Below are positions 18,661 through 36,549 of a DNA stretch of 64,000 bases, piece by piece. The stretch lies in assembly GCF_009914755.1 (NCBI RefSeq), contig NC_060946.1. One strand, given 5' to 3'. This stretch comes from the human T2T-CHM13v2.0 reference genome, Homo sapiens. The notes under the pieces are model-generated. The model ran no database searches, was not told the DNA's origin, and worked only from the letters and a program-made list of their open reading frames with translations. The number at the start of each line of letters is the position of its first letter. Within the stretch, counting starts at the first letter, position 1. The position numbers and the translations under genes are program-made.

Positions 18661-19074
18661 GATCATACAAGGAGTAAATGATGATTTAGCATAAAACACA
18701 ACTTTGGCCTAAAACACAGTTCATAGGGCTCAAACTTTGTTATTTTATGGGATTATACTAACCAGTTAATATTCAAAATTTACCATTTCAAAAGAAGAAA
18801 TATTGGCCTGGGAAAATTGCCATTGCTTATACAGAAGAATGGAGGAATCTTTTTGAGCAAAACAATTCTAATGATCTTCCTCATCACTGGTTCAAAAACC
18901 AAGCCCATGGAAGGCCTGCATAAGGATAATGTGGAGAACATACAAAAGAAATACACATCACCAGCTCCTCAACTCAGAGCTCCAAGGGAATGACCAAGGA
19001 AGCTGTATTGTCCTAAGAAATTTGAGACTGTTTTGACTTACATTAAATCCTGCTCAATCATATGTATGTATATA

Positions 19075-19102
19075 CAAACACACACACACACACACACACA
19101 CA
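19075..19102. repeat. (CA)n microsatellite
   Basis: Visible tract. Confidence 0.9.
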
Positions 19103-19598
19103 GACGTGTTGTCAGTGAAGCCTCTAACAATGCATCTTGACTGGACAGATTTGACAATTAAAATGGCTGGAAGAAAATAGGGCTTCATAAGTGGCACTTA
19201 CTATTCACATTACACATTAAAAGGACATCTCATAAATTAAATCTTGTTTATGATAAAAAGGCAGAAAATCATGACCCAAGGCTAGTTTATAACTGCAGAA
19301 ATGTTCAAGATAGACCAACGCTTGCTATGTTTAGGAACTGACAAGAAAGTACAGGTCTTTATAATCTACCATTTTGCCTCATTTGATACCAGGTGACCTT
19401 CATACTGCAGGCAATAGAGAATTGCAAGATTTGTCAGAGATTTCAGGTTTTGGAAAGCTGTGCTCTTTCACAAGAACAGCCATGGAAACAGGAAGAAAGT
19501 CAATTCCCACTTAAGGTAATCAGAATTTACAAATATTCATTTCTTCATTGAAATCTCAATAGGCACTTAAATATTATCTTTAATTAATTCTTTTGTTA

Positions 19599-19973
19599 CA
19601 ATCATGCATCACATAACAACATTTTGGTCAAGGATAGTGCACATGTATGACAGTGGTGCAATAAAATCATAACACTGTACTTTTACTGTACCTCTTGTAT
19701 GTTTAGACATGTATAGATACACTTACTGTATAGATACAAATAAGTATAGATATACTTAACTGTTGTGTTACAATTGCTTACAGTATTCAGTACAGTAACA
19801 TGCTGCACAGGTTTGTAGCCTAGGAGGAATAAGCTATACCACTTAACCTAGGTATGTAATCAGCTATAGCATCTAGGTTTGTGTAAGTAAACTCTGTGAT
19901 GTTCATACATTAATAAAATTGTCCAGCAATGCATTTCTCAGACACACCCCTGTCATTAAGTGACACATGACTG
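19599..19973 (+). mobile_element. Tigger3a/MER7A-like DNA transposon
   Basis: ta|caatcatgcatcacataac ... gacacatgactg|ta TIRs with TA target duplication; internal caggtttgtagcctaggag. Confidence 0.85.
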
Positions 19974-21890
19974 TATTAGTTAACACTATGGGAACTGCAT
20001 GGGAAATGGACACTGCAGCTTCACCATAAATAGAAACTGTTTATGTCAAAAAACACATAAAAGCATAGTTGCAAGATTACAATTCCTTCCAGATATTTCA
20101 TTTAGTATCTCCACAGATCACTCACTGCCTGAATAGCATTCTTGTGTCTCCACTGCCTCACATTTGATTTCAGGTCATTCCATCAATTGTCAAAGACGCA
20201 TCCAACATTAACTTTCCAACTACTGGTTTGGATTCTGTCAACATTGTCATCCTGGGCCACAACAACACAAAAGGCTAACTCAGTGAGGTAACATAGACAC
20301 TGATCAGTGAGATTTTGCTGATGGGTGGTACCATTTTTTACTAAGATCAAGGGTATTCATACCTTCAGGCATCTAGATAACATTGAAAAGGGCAGGTTCA
20401 TAGATAAAAAAGGAAAGAGGAAGGGTTTTTGCAGTATACATGAGCTACCGTGTCTCCTGTTTAACCTGAGTCTGAAGAGATTCAAAGTGCAGGTGCCATG
20501 AATGCCTCTTTAATAGTTCAATGTCGATTGATTTTCTGGGCTACATTTCCCAGCATTCAAATTGCTAAATGCATATAAACTACTACTGAATATTTATTAC
20601 CTGGATTTGTGCTTTTGAGTGACCTTATCTATAGTTATGTGCTTCAGTGATCCATCTTGGGGTGGACTCCAACCTTTGATAAATTAAAGACGCTGCTTAT
20701 TCCTTGAGTAATGCTACACTGACAACTGATTTAGTGAATGCCATTGTGAAAATAATAAACCTCTTGGTGAATATATTTAGACATGTCTTGTAACCTGTAC
20801 ACATCTTAACCAGGGATGTTACTTGGTCTTTCTATGTTCAGGAGTGTGTGGAGATAGAAAAACATACAGGATTGTAATTGTTTCCTGTGAGACTAACAGA
20901 AAATTCAAGCTAGTGAAGTATGTTTATGCATGGCACACTTCTCACCAGCAATTTTAGGAAGTTCTGCCCACAACCCATATGTCTTTTGATATGTGTGTTA
21001 CCTTGGAGAGAGAAAAAGAAACTCTGAACACAAGCATGAAATATTTTAGAATTTTATCTAGAGCTGGACTTGTCCAAAAGCTTTTGTATAAACTTGCCTG
21101 ATGAGCAACTGTTGTCCACTGGTACCTTCACTGTACAATCCACACACAACCAAACTTCACAACTGGACACCTAAATTTGCACTTTGTTTGGTAAAGTTGA
21201 ATGAAAAATGTTGTCTTTTAAGCTTATGTTCTCTTATGAAAGCTGTTATTAGATGAATTTTACTCCAAGATATGCCAGTTAAGAAATAACTTCCAATTTA
21301 ATTTCACCAGCTCCCTGTGGGTGGACTAATTAGTCATACATCACACTTACTCTGGTGGTGAAATGCCTCAAAATAAGGTCTCCAGAGTGTTGCTCTACCT
21401 AGAAGGACAAGAATGAAGAGACATAAAAATCATTCATTAAGAAGGAAGATTTTCCTTGCCTAGATTTTCACTTGTAGGATCCAATTAATTTTATCACTTA
21501 ATATTTTTTCCTGGTGGGCATTCATTTTACAAATTTGTAAGGTCAGTAGAAATGGAAACTTTTGGAAATCGAACTGTAAATGTTCTGTAGACGTTGACAG
21601 AAATAGCTATTTGGAGCTGTGCTTTTGCCAACTAGACACTGTTAGAAAATCTGTGAGAGGATATTTTCAGGAAGTCATTGAACCCCCTAAAAATCAAGTT
21701 TATTGCTTTTACCATAAATATAAATAATTAATTTATTATCAACCACTTTCAATATTCCAATAAGTAACCTTTATTGTTTATTTCATTGACATGACCTACA
21801 TAGACACACAATTTATCTTCTTTTGCGATACATTCAGAAAATTTGCTGCCTGTAAAAGCCATGTTTTAAAATTACCACCTGTTTGATGAC

Positions 21891-22135
21891 TTTTTTTTGT
21901 ACTTTAAGTTTTAGGGCATATGTGCAAAACGTGCAGTTTAGTTACATATGTATACATGTGCCATGTTGGTGTGCTGCACCCATTAACTCGTCATTTAGCG
22001 TTAGGTATATGTCCTAATGCTATCCCTCCCCCCTCCCCCACCCCACAACAGGCCCTGGTGTGTGATGTTCCCCTTCCTGTGTCCATGTGTTCTCATTGTT
22101 CAATTCCCACCTATGAGTGAGAACATGCAGTGTTT
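21891..22135 (-). mobile_element. 5'-truncated L1 3' end (L1PA3-like)
   Basis: tactttaagttttaggg...gtcatttagcgttagg...gagtgagaacatgcagtgttt. Confidence 0.9.
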
Positions 22136-24639
22136 CATTTCCACTTAAGTATCTATCTCTATTTGTCCTTTATTTTCACTTCCATCCTAGCTCTATCCCT
22201 TGTCTCCTTCGTGTGTCTCATGATAAGTGCCCTATAACATTTTATATTTCTGGAAACCCTTCAATATAAAGTTATTACATGTAAAAATAAAAAGTCTGTT
22301 TTAGCGAACTTTTTCTTCACAAATTATATTTTCCTACTTCCCTATTAGACAATTTTTGTAGGCTCCATATGCTATTAATTTATATTCACTTTTAGAAGAA
22401 TTTTCATCAAAAGCAAAAGTCTTATGTAAATTGATTATATGCTATTTCTACTTCTATGTATATATACGCACATAGCCACATACTATATGTAACTCCAGAG
22501 GCCTGCCTGGACTGTTTAATAACTGTATTGAACAACAGCAAGAAAAAGCTGTTCAAATTTCAAACAACAAGTTGAACTGAAGACCTCACATCTTTGAATT
22601 AAATAGACACTAGTAGCCTTTAAAAATTAAACATTTCTACTGTTTTAAAAAATTATAGCCATCATAGTATGAGGAAAAAATGTAATAATCTTTTTTAATT
22701 CTTGCCATTTTATTAACCACGGACTCCTTATGCCCTAACTTCATTGGTACCCCTTTGAGATTAAACAGAACTCTTAATTTAAAATTGTGATAAATAAATT
22801 AACTACACCATTTACTTGAGGTACTCTTTCACCTTTCAAGAAATATTTTGAGAATTCATTAGCTAAATATTTCTATAATGCAGGCTAGTAACAAACGGAA
22901 AGAATGAATTCATTGTAAAGTTTAAACTAATGATGGTATGATCTGGAATTTTTGTTAACTTAGAAGACATAATTAGCTTTAGAGGTGAAATGAAAGACAA
23001 AATCACTTCACATATTAGTAAAAAACAAATAATATAACTTTATAAGCTACTGCTGTTCTTTTGCTATTAGGAACCAATGACATCTGTAATTAGGGAAGAT
23101 TATGGAAAGGTTAAGGATGAGAATACATGCAGTCTATCTACAGGAAACCTAAACTGTTTAGGTTAAGGAAATGTTTGAGAAAGTCATATTAATTAGCAGG
23201 TTCACAGGAAACTAACATTTATTGTATAAATTCCATGGTCAAATGTATTAGGGCTCCATGCACACAACTATGTGCCATCTACGTTACCACACGGTGCTTA
23301 CTTCTTTCAGTCTTTATTCATTTCTCTCCTAATGGTCTGTATGGTATTATTACATAGTTCTAAAAACCTTCCATGAGGCAGAAATTTCATTTAACCATAT
23401 AGCTTCAAAAATAATGAAAAACAGTAGAAAATTTCTATTTTTTATGAAGCAGAATTGTTGAATTTTCAGTTTCATTTATTTAATATTACAAGATGACAAA
23501 CATATTTCTTTAACTCCATCTTTTTATTTTTGTCTAACATCAACCAAAGCCATTTCTTTCATTTGAAGTTGAAAACTGCTCATCAAAATCCACTTTAAGC
23601 TGAGAAACAAAGAACTAAATGTTGCATGAGAGATTATACACTGCATAAGTAAAAAACAGGACCAGAAACAATGGTGGATTAGCAATTTTTAAAAAGACAA
23701 AAACAGGTTATCATCAAATCAATTGTTACCAACACACCAATTCCACCTCTAGGCCAGAAAATTAGCCACTTACCCACGGGAAAACAATGATTGAAGACAA
23801 AGTTCACCAGTGAAAGTTGGTTATTTTTTTCCATCCTTGCATCAACTAAAATGATATCTACAGTTCCTCTTAACACTTTTCTGAGTTTCAAATATGTGGG
23901 TATGCTTCATTAGCTGAAGCCATTTTCCATGTGTACATCTGGCTACAAGGGAAACTGGGAATGTGAGCCCTGATCCTAATGTTTGTAGAATATTTAGAAA
24001 TTTGAGAATTCCCTCCAAATAAAGAGTTTTTTAAAACATTGTTAGACAAAAAGTTTGAATTACAAAATGTGGTAGTAGCTCAGGTCTAACTCAAATGCAG
24101 GGAAAAAAACTATTAACTGTAAAAAAAATTAAATACACATTTGATGGCAATGAGAAACAGAAAACAGGCAGAAATAGTAGAATATTCAACCACTGATGAA
24201 GTATTTGACCATTGAATAAAGAAAATTGCAATGATTTAAATTTGCATCAGTGCAACTTCACACCTCATGAAGCTTCCCAGTCTGTGCAAAATTAGATGTC
24301 TACGAGTAAAGTGGTGAGTTTTACTAGCTTGAGGAATAAGAGCACAGAGTTCCAGGCTGACAGAAAAGAAGAACTGGGAAATTTGAATGACATGGGAGGA
24401 AATCTCACACAACTGAAAGTCACAGAGGAGAATGTCACAGAGTAAAAATCTAAAATCAGCACTTCAACTTCATTCAGATATAAGATGGCTGCTACATTTC
24501 ACATTCATAAAAAGAGACTCCATAGAATCTAGCAGAAAACAACAGCTAAATTGCTAGTACAGAGCAGAGATTTCAACCATTGCATATAGCTCAGGAGTGA
24601 AAGTTTGGTGTTTGACTACAGAAAAAAGACTAATGTTAG

Positions 24640-27699
<3,060 letters not shown>

Positions 27700-27700
<1 letters not shown>

Positions 27701-28305
27701 TAATCTGTGATTCTAATGAATTTGGCTATCTTAGATACTTTATACAAGTGGAATCATACAGTTTGTCCTTCTGTGACTGATTTACTTTACTTAGCATTAA
27801 TGTCCTCTAGGTTCATCCATGTTGCATATTGCCGGGCTTTCTTGTTTTAAAGCTGAATAATATTCCGTTGTATGAATATACCACATTTTCTTTATCTATT
27901 CATCTGCCAATAGACATTAACCTCATTTCCACATTTTGATTAGTGTAAATAATGCTGCAATGAGCCTGAGAATTATCCCAATCTCTATTCTTTCAGATAA
28001 ATAGCCTGAAGTGGATTGCTAGATCATATGGTAGTTCTAGTTTGTTAATTTTTTTGAGGAACCACCGTACTGTTTTCCATAGAGGCTGCACAGTTTTACT
28101 TTCCCAGAAACACTGTAGAAGTGTTCCAATTTCTCCCGATTGTTAACACTCGTTATTTTTTCTTTTAATAAGACCATTCTAACAGGTTTGAGGCAATATC
28201 TCTTTGTGGTTTTGATTTGCATTTCCCTGATGATTAGTGATGCTGAGCATTTTTTTCATGTATCTGTTGGTCATTTGGATATTTTCTTTGGAGAAATATC
28301 TATTG
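27700..28305 (-). mobile_element. L1MA/MB 3' region nested in the older L1M
   Basis: aagtggaatcatacag...tgtggttttgatttgcatttccctgatgattagtgatgctgagc; ORF 28037-28222 (MQIKTT..) is the ORF2 C-terminus. Confidence 0.8.
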
Positions 28306-28319
28306 CTGATTTAAAAAAA

Positions 28320-28500
28320 AACTCTCAGCAAGCTAGAAAAGGAAATTTTCTCAAAGTGATGGAAAGCATCCACAACAAGACATATAAACATTATATTTAA
28401 TGGTGAAAGCGTAAATATTTAAACTACATAGATTAGGACAAGAAAGGAATGTGTGTGTTCATCACCTCTATTCAACATTGTACTGGTGATCCTAGATTCT
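28320..28500 (+). mobile_element. Continuation of ancient L1M ORF2
   Basis: actctcagcaagctagaaaaggaaattttctc...ctattcaacattgtactgg. Confidence 0.6.
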
Positions 28501-30731
28501 GAGTATAAATATTTAGGGGACATCTATTGTCACTGAAGCCCAAATCTTGGTCATCCTCAGAAAAAAAAAAAAAGTTGATTAGATTGTATATAATCTAATT
28601 CTACTTGCTAACTTAATTTCTCTAAAATTACAGCTTGCATCAACTCTAGAATTTATTGGGCACCTCCTAGGACATAAACACTGGAATTTGGTGAGAGACA
28701 TCAAATAGGAAAGAACCTGGCTCTGACATAAATTCAACACACGGAGGGGGACACATGTTATGAGACTGACCTGGCCTCTCCATCTCATAAAAGGGGTTCT
28801 TGTTGCTGGTAACACAGATTAAAACTATTTCAATTACATTCAAGATAAAAAGATTAGCAATGTTATGTAAGATGAAAAAATCACCCCACAGGAAGACAAA
28901 AGTCTCACAAAAGGATATTTAAACTAGCCAACCCTTTGAAATTCAGGCAGAGATCGTGCTTTCTGGGTGAACTAAGGTAGCAAGAACAAAGTAGAGGCCC
29001 CAATTCTAGGAAAAATGGGCCCCAATAAGGTTTACAATCCAGAAACTCAAGAAATCCAGACAGAAGGATGCAGTCTCCGCTTTCAAGGCAGTAGCAGTAC
29101 CTGGATTACTAAGCCAATCCCCAACACAATCATAAACACAAATTTGATTGAGGAAGAACTTGCCCACCAGAAGATTTAGGTTATTACAAGGTAGAATGTG
29201 ATAGAGAAAAAGAGCATGGGACTGGAAACAAAAGGAGGTAGCCCCATGATCACAACTGGAATATATCTGTCAGAGATGGTGCGGAAATAAGACTGAAGAG
29301 AGAGATCCTTAAACCCCACGTGCCTTACATCAGGACTAATCCTGGACACAGGCTGGAAAGCATAGCCTACAGGTGGTGAGGGAGGAGGAGTGGGCTCAGC
29401 TGTGAGAAGGAGAAGGAAATATGGCTGAAAACCAGATATGGGTCTTGAAATCACACCAAGGATTTGGGCCTTTGCTGCTGTCTGCCAGCAGCTGCCAGTA
29501 GTTCTCACACTTTGGCTGGCATCAAAATAACCTGGGGCAGTGGTGGGGAAGTGGGGGGAGTGTTGTAAAACCACAAGTGACCAGGAAAAAATCACCTGTA
29601 TGTTTTCCAATTCAGTAAGTACAGAAATATTAATTGGAAAAAGGTGGAGATCAGACATTGATAGTGCTGTGGACTGCTCCAGGGACATAAGCATGATCTT
29701 TAGAGAGGTGACTCTAATCAGTTGAGGGCAACCACTGGACAGAAAGAGGTCCAGACTAACCGTACACAGAGACATCATACAACTACACTTTAGCAACTTC
29801 TCCAAATAACATGTCTCTTACTGAAACTTGGGAGGTTGAAAGTTAAAAACATAAAATCCAGTGGCATTTATGTATCCTAGGCACTTACATTTGTCTGATT
29901 CTTCCAACTTGCCCTTGCTTGGTTAGAGTTTTGGGTAGATAAGAGGTGGATTTACATGTGCTAGTGTGAGAACTTTGATACACTCATTTAGACATTGACC
30001 TACTATCTTGATGTTTGAAAGTTAAAACCCAAAGAAATTTGTCTTTTTAGATAAAACAAATTCAGCCCTTACCTTCCTTATCGATTACATCTTCCACTAG
30101 CAGTAATAAAAAAGTAACAATATGCATAAGTCAAAGTATCTTCTTAAATCTTCTGTAGTGTTTTATTATTTAGTTGTGTTAATTAAAGTAACTGTCTCAA
30201 AATTTCAAGGAATGCCTGAGAATAAATTCATGTTCAAAGGCTGCCCTCTTGTGACAATGTGTTGTATGTTTTATTGTAAAAGTAATCTTATTTTACCTTA
30301 TAACCTCTACAATCCAATTCATAACAGCATAAAAAGGAAATAAAACCTTACATAATTTTGAATTTTGAAAAGTACCTTGTTTATATGATTCCTTTAGCTA
30401 ATGAATAGACAATTTGATAAATATTCCAGTGAGTTGAAGGTTTGAATCTATCTCACTTAACTAGCTTAATGGATGTATTTCTAAACCTGTACAACCCACT
30501 CCTCTGCTTTTAAAAAATTAAAGTTAGCTGTAGTTTGAGATGTCAGTGACACAGTTTATAGAACATAACTTAGATTGTCATCTACATTACTGTAACTACA
30601 AATACCACCCTCAGATGGAAGAATCAGTTTTATCAGTGAACATCTAATTGAACTATAAATGGTGTATGTCTTCTGGCTTTTACAAGCTCTTGGTCTAACA
30701 CGGGATATATGATGTAAAAATTACAAAGCAA

Positions 30732-31139
<408 letters not shown>

Positions 31140-31659
31140 TTATTCTAAGCTCACTGATGCAAACGAATAGAAAGAAAAGGTTTGGTGGAAAAACTAATAA
31201 CTTGCTATCCTTTCTGTCTTTTGTTTTTTAAAAGCTTGAGCATTTGGGAGAATTTGGAAAGATTGTGGAGTAAGGGCAAAGAAGGAATTTGCTAAAAAAA
31301 TTATATAGGTTAAAATTAGTTTTTTCCAGGTTAGAAAATATCCACTCCCTACACTCCTACATTCCTTTCCCATGGTTAAGAAGAGGAAAAAACGAAGGCC
31401 TCTTGGTGAGCAGTGGTGACTTCGGCAGTTTCTTAGAAATATTCTAGAAGGCATAGTCATCTTTTAAAAAAAATAGCTACAAGGATATGTCTAAGCAGAA
31501 GGGACCATGGGCCAAATTACGTGTAGATTTTTGTATTCCAAATATGGTAAAGAAGAAGCAGGAAGCTGGGGGGCCTAAACAAGCCACACAGAAAAGGACA
31601 AGGAAGAGGCCAGCAGCAGCTTGTGGGGACAAGACGTCAAGCCCCAAATGTTAAACCCA

Positions 31660-32096
31660 CCATCCATCTTCCAAATTCTGGCTCTGCTTAACAAGGCTGT
31701 GGTCTGACACTAGATGCCGCCTCAGTGACTAAAGCATAATTCCCCTTCTCCTGGGAGTGTTGACAGCTGACTCCTGTCAACAATACTCACAGCACAGTAA
31801 AGTTCCTTCATCCAAATCCATGTCCCTTCTCAAGGCATCCCACAACCGAGAACTGCTTGGTACAGAAATATAATGGCCTTGTTTGCTTGCTCCAATTTGA
31901 GGTCATTAGGTAAACTCACCAAGATCCCTGTAGAGTGCACTGCGGCCATGATAGTGACTGCATTCCAGCCGACTTCCTGCTCCACCCAATCCTATTGCTT
32001 TCGCTCTTCCACAGGTGTTGGGAATATCATTTCAACCTCCTTGCATGCAAATCTCCAACTCGGAGTCGGCTTCCTAGGACACTTGACTGGTGACAT
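31660..32096 (+). mobile_element. ERVL solo LTR (LTR16A-like)
   Basis: 3' end cctccttgcatgcaaatctccaactcggagtcggcttcctaggacac...gaca resembles the recalled LTR16 terminus; 5' boundary approximate. Confidence 0.55.
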
Positions 32097-33403
32097 CTCT
32101 ATCACTATCACAGTACTTAGAGGGGAACATCTTAAAATGATTGAGGGCTAACTGCCCTAACAGCACAGGCAGATGGTGGCTTAAAATAGAATTTAAGTGG
32201 ACTTAAAAAAACATGAAAAAAGTTGACATTGCACGCTCATATGAGCTTATGGATCAAACCATACGTATGATTTTTAAGATCCCTCGTGCAGTATATATTT
32301 GCACTGTTTATAAATGACATCCCCTTAAATTGAATTCAGTGCAATTCAAAACAGTAATTTGTGGGAAAAATTAGATATGCAGATAACCTGGACTCTAGAG
32401 AGGAACACATCATTTGGAGAATAATAGTGAACCGGCTGGTCTATGAGGGAAGAAAAAACAGTGAATATAGACTATTATTGAACAAGGATATTTTCCCATG
32501 TATATTCAAATTAAGGTGAATTTTTTTACAGAATTATGCCTTAGATAGAAAAAGTATTTCCCTATATTTGAGTCCTCACAAGTTTTCCTACGATGAGTGC
32601 TTTTGTGATTATTTTGAATAACAAAATAATATTTAAGGAAACTCTCTTGCCCTGAATGTACTTTAATTTATGTCAATTGAAGTTGCATATAGAGATCATC
32701 AAAGTCAAGCTACAAGAAAAAGAGGAACATAACTTAGCAAAGACTTAGAGGATTAGTCCTAATAGTGTGAAATCAAAATTTCAAGTGAGGGAATAAATGC
32801 AGCTTTTAATGATTACTTAAATGAAGTTTAACTCTAGCAGGATCTACAAGAAATTGGCAACATTTGGCTTCAGTAACAGAATCTCAAGGTATATGCCCTT
32901 CAGTGCGTTTGCATTCTGCCTCATATTGAGAGACACTCCTTTAAACAGCAATAAGAAACTTCCTGTGACAACATAATAAATTCAAAAAGTTCTGTAACTC
33001 AGACAATTTAGATAGAAGTCATAACTTTGGCCTATAAAGCCCTGTTCACCCTAAAGATGGATTAAACAATGAAAAAGATATTGATATCAAAAATTCAATC
33101 AGGAATTTGATTAAAGCATTTCATTAAATGTGATAATTTCTTAGTATATTATCTTACATATGCAATATTCATGTGTAACAAATTAAATACAAGTAAACAT
33201 TTGACCATATTATCTGCAGCATAATTTACATATCAATTTACATATTCAGTTTTGCTCACATGAAAACTTGGATCTTCTAAATAAGAAAATGTATGAAATC
33301 TTTAACTCCTCATCCCCAGGAATGTAAATAAATAAATATAAATACTGTAAGTCAGTGATTTTTTCCTAGGAAGACAGTAAAAATACTTTACACGCCTTCT
33401 CAT

Positions 33404-33902
33404 TGTAAACCTAAATAACAAACAGAGAAAGGCTCTCTAAAGGAAAAAGACACATCTTAGGGAGGAGGGCACTGCAATGAGAATATGCATGACAAAGCAA
33501 GCTATATAGATTCAAATGGTAAAGGAAGACAAGGTCTTTAAAAGAAAAATGATCAACCTGGAAGTATGGAGGAGTAGAAAAAAAATAAATAAGGGAAAAG
33601 TGAAGAGGCTTCTATAATTGTTTTGATATAGTTACCTTTAACTATAAAGATCAACAACAAGGTCAATGTCAGTTGAAGTTTGGGCAGGCGGTTGCTGGAT
33701 AGATGTCCTCACAGAAGTGTATTTTGTGTAAGGTTGCTATGGCCTTTGTGCAAGGTTGTGGTTTTTGTGGTATTTTGTAATAGTTTTTATCAGGCCTAGA
33801 AGCATGAGAACCCTCTCTTCAAGGCCTTCTCTGAATCTATTTGTTCAGGTTTTTTCTTCTCTTTTTAAACATTAGTGACAGTTTTGATTCTGATAACTTT
33901 CA
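33404..33902 (-). mobile_element. ERV1 solo LTR (MER67-like)
   Basis: Reverse complement begins tgaaagttatcagaatcaaaa and ends ..ttaca (TG..CA); internal aaccacaaccttgcacaaaggccat. Confidence 0.6.
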
Positions 33903-34144
33903 TATCATGATCCCTAATTTCAAAGAAAATTAAACGTGTAACTTATTTATGATGTATTTGATAGGCTTGGATTTGTGAATCACCTCTACTATCTATAGTG
34001 GTAGATATATCTGAGCCTGCTTACACAGGACTTCCATCAGATTCTCTCTTCAGTGGAATTGGAAGAGGGGGTTTTGGAGAAGGGAATGAAGGAATTGTGC
34101 TGCATCAGCACAGGGCCTTTTTCTGTGCTCTTGCCAGGCCGTCG

Positions 34145-34192
34145 TATTGGCTGATGCAAAAGTAATTTTGGTTTTGTCATTGAAAGTAATGA
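34145..34192. mobile_element. Partial MADE1 (mariner-derived MITE)
   Basis: tattggctgatgcaaaagtaattttggttttgtcattgaaagtaatg. Confidence 0.6.
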
Positions 34193-34605
34193 GACCATCT
34201 GACTTACAATGTCTGTGCCATAACCAGCTCCTAATAGCCTCCGAGGACAGCTTTGCCCTGACATATACTGTCCTGGAATCACGTCTGCTTTGTAACTCCT
34301 GAGGTAGCTGCCACCATGACCAATGCCTTCTCATCTTTACTCTACATGCAGGTAGCAGTTATAATTATATCTCTGTGTATTCATAGAACATTTAGTACAT
34401 CTGGGACTTCTACAAAATTTCCCTAGCTGATTTTGGTGTTCTGGGGTACTGGCAGCTCTAGCCATGAAGGGATGATGCTTTATTAGCATTTCTGTTGACT
34501 TTTTTGCTTTTTCTCAAAAACTGATTCCACTTTTCCCACATACGTTTGACAATTCATTTGAACTCATTTATTCTAAACCCATTATTTTTGGTCTATTATT
34601 TAATA

Positions 34606-34772
34606 GGGAGGGAGGCGAGGGATAAAAGATTACAAATAGGGTGCAGTGTACACTGCTCGGGTGATGGGTGCACCCAAATCTCACAAATCTCCAGTAAAGA
34701 ACTTACCCATGGAACCAAATACCACCGTACCCCAATAACCTATGGAAAAAAAATAAAAAATAAAGTAAAAAA
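34606..34772 (+). mobile_element. L1PB-like 3' end
   Basis: gggataaaagattacaaatagggtgcagtgtacactgctcgggtgatgggtgcacc followed by A-tail. Confidence 0.85.
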
Positions 34773-35384
34773 GAGTCAGAAAGAAAGAAAATAATCACTG
34801 TACTTACCATGATACTTAGAAATGGTGACTAGCATTTTTTGTAAGTGTCACCTAATAATATTATTATTTTTTCTTTATGCTACAAACTAGCTCTGCTATT
34901 ACAATCACTATTATTTGAAGTGTTACTAAATTAAATTAAATCTATTGTATCCTTCTGGACTCAGAAATGGGGGTAAATGCCAAGACGATTTCAGAATATG
35001 ATCACATATTAAAAGCATATTATATGGGGAAAATTTGATTTTTAAAAAATAGAAATTGGTAGAGAAACAATTTTTGGGTCTTTAATTTCCGCACATTTTG
35101 CAAGTATGGACAATGACTTTATTGTTCCAAATGATTGTTTTCAAGCATGTTTGTATAGAAAACAGCCTTGGAATAGAAAACCAGTACCTCCTTCTGGAAC
35201 AAAGGAAAAGTTTATTTACTGTCTAGTATAATGCAGATAATTTCTCCCTCTTGGGAAGCATACAGCCAAGTGAACTTCCAATAACACAAGTTGGGGTTTC
35301 TTGAGCTTGGGTTTTTCTTTCACAGTGTAATGTGCAGGTGCCACTTGGCTCTCTTTGTGTTATCCTGGGAAAGCTGATGGCTGT

Positions 35385-36162
35385 AGGTGCATGTGTTTAT
35401 TTTGGGGTTCTCTATTCTGTTTCATTGGTCTTTGTGTCTGTTTTCATATCAGTACCATGTTATTTTGTCTACTGTGGCCTTAGGGTATAGTATGAAGTCA
35501 AGTAATGTGATGTCTCCAGCGTTGTTCTTCTTGCTTAGATTTCCTTTGGTTGTCTGGGCTCTTTAAAAATCCCTATGAAATTTAGAATATTTTTTTCTAA
35601 TTTTGTGAAAAACGACACTGGTTGTTCATAGGAATAGTGTTGAATGTGTAGATTGCTTTTGGCAGTATAGCCATTTTAACAATATTGATCTTTCTAATCC
35701 ATGAGCATGGAATGGTTTTCCATTTATTTCGACATCTGTGATTTCTTTCTGCAGTGTTTTGCAGTTCTCCTTTTAGATATCCTTTACCTCCTTGGTTAGA
35801 CATATTCTTCTTTTATTTTATTTTGGGGGTTGCTGTTGTAAACAGGATTGCACTCTTGATTTACCTTTCAGTTTAAATATTTTTGGTGAACAGCAATGCT
35901 ACTTCTTTTTATATGTTGATTTTTTTTTTATCCTGAAAGTTTGCTGAAGTTTTTTTTTATCAGTTCTGGGAGCCTTTTGGCACAGTCTTTAGGGATTTCT
36001 AGGTGTAGAATCATATCATCAGTGAAGAGAGATAATTTGACTTCATTTCCTATTTGGATGCTTTTTATCGCTTTCTCTTGCCTGCTTGCTCTGGCTAGGA
36101 CTTGTTAAACAGGAGTGGGGAGAACAGGCATCCCTATTTTATTCCTGTTCATAAGGGGAATG
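35385..36162 (-). mobile_element. L1 ORF2 fragment interrupted by an ERV LTR at 36163
   Basis: ORF 35597-35803 ([25 protein letters not shown]); sequence stops at aaggggaatg|tgttggg. Confidence 0.85.
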
Positions 36163-36449
36163 TGTTGGGAGAAAAGCTGAGTGTTGGAAGAGAAGCTGAG
36201 GCAGGGCCATATGTTTCTCATTCACTTGATACACCATTTCCTTTTAACCCCCACATCCTCACCACCTGTTTCTTTGTTTGAGCACCAACAAATAGCGTGG
36301 GCTCCCAGAGCTTGGGGACTTTGCAGACTCCACACTCGTGATGGTCTCCTGGTCCCACTTTCTCTCTCAAACTGTCTTTTTCTCATTCCTTTGACTCTGC
36401 CGGACTTCATCACCCCCATGACCTAGTGTTGGGTCTGATCACCCCAACA
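36163..36449 (+). mobile_element. HERV-K 5' LTR (LTR14A-like, HML-1)
   Basis: tgttggg...cccaaca inverted termini, followed by a Lys PBS; family name from recalled consensus. Confidence 0.75.
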
Positions 36450-36453
36450 TGCC

Positions 36454-36471
36454 TGGCGCCCAACATGGGGT
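36454..36471 (+). promoter_or_regulatory. tRNA-Lys primer binding site
   Basis: tggcgcccaacatgggg versus canonical TGGCGCCCAACGTGGGGC, 4 nt after the LTR. Confidence 0.9.
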
Positions 36472-36549
36472 GACAAAGACCCGGTGAAGGAAGGCTAGAG
36501 CATATGAAAGCAGAGGACACATCATCAAAAGACACCCGAGGACATACAA

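Noticed and set aside
29176-29805. 209-aa minus-strand ORF
   Set aside because: Starts at a non-ATG codon, has no recognisable domain and lies in probable old LTR-like sequence; most likely chance.
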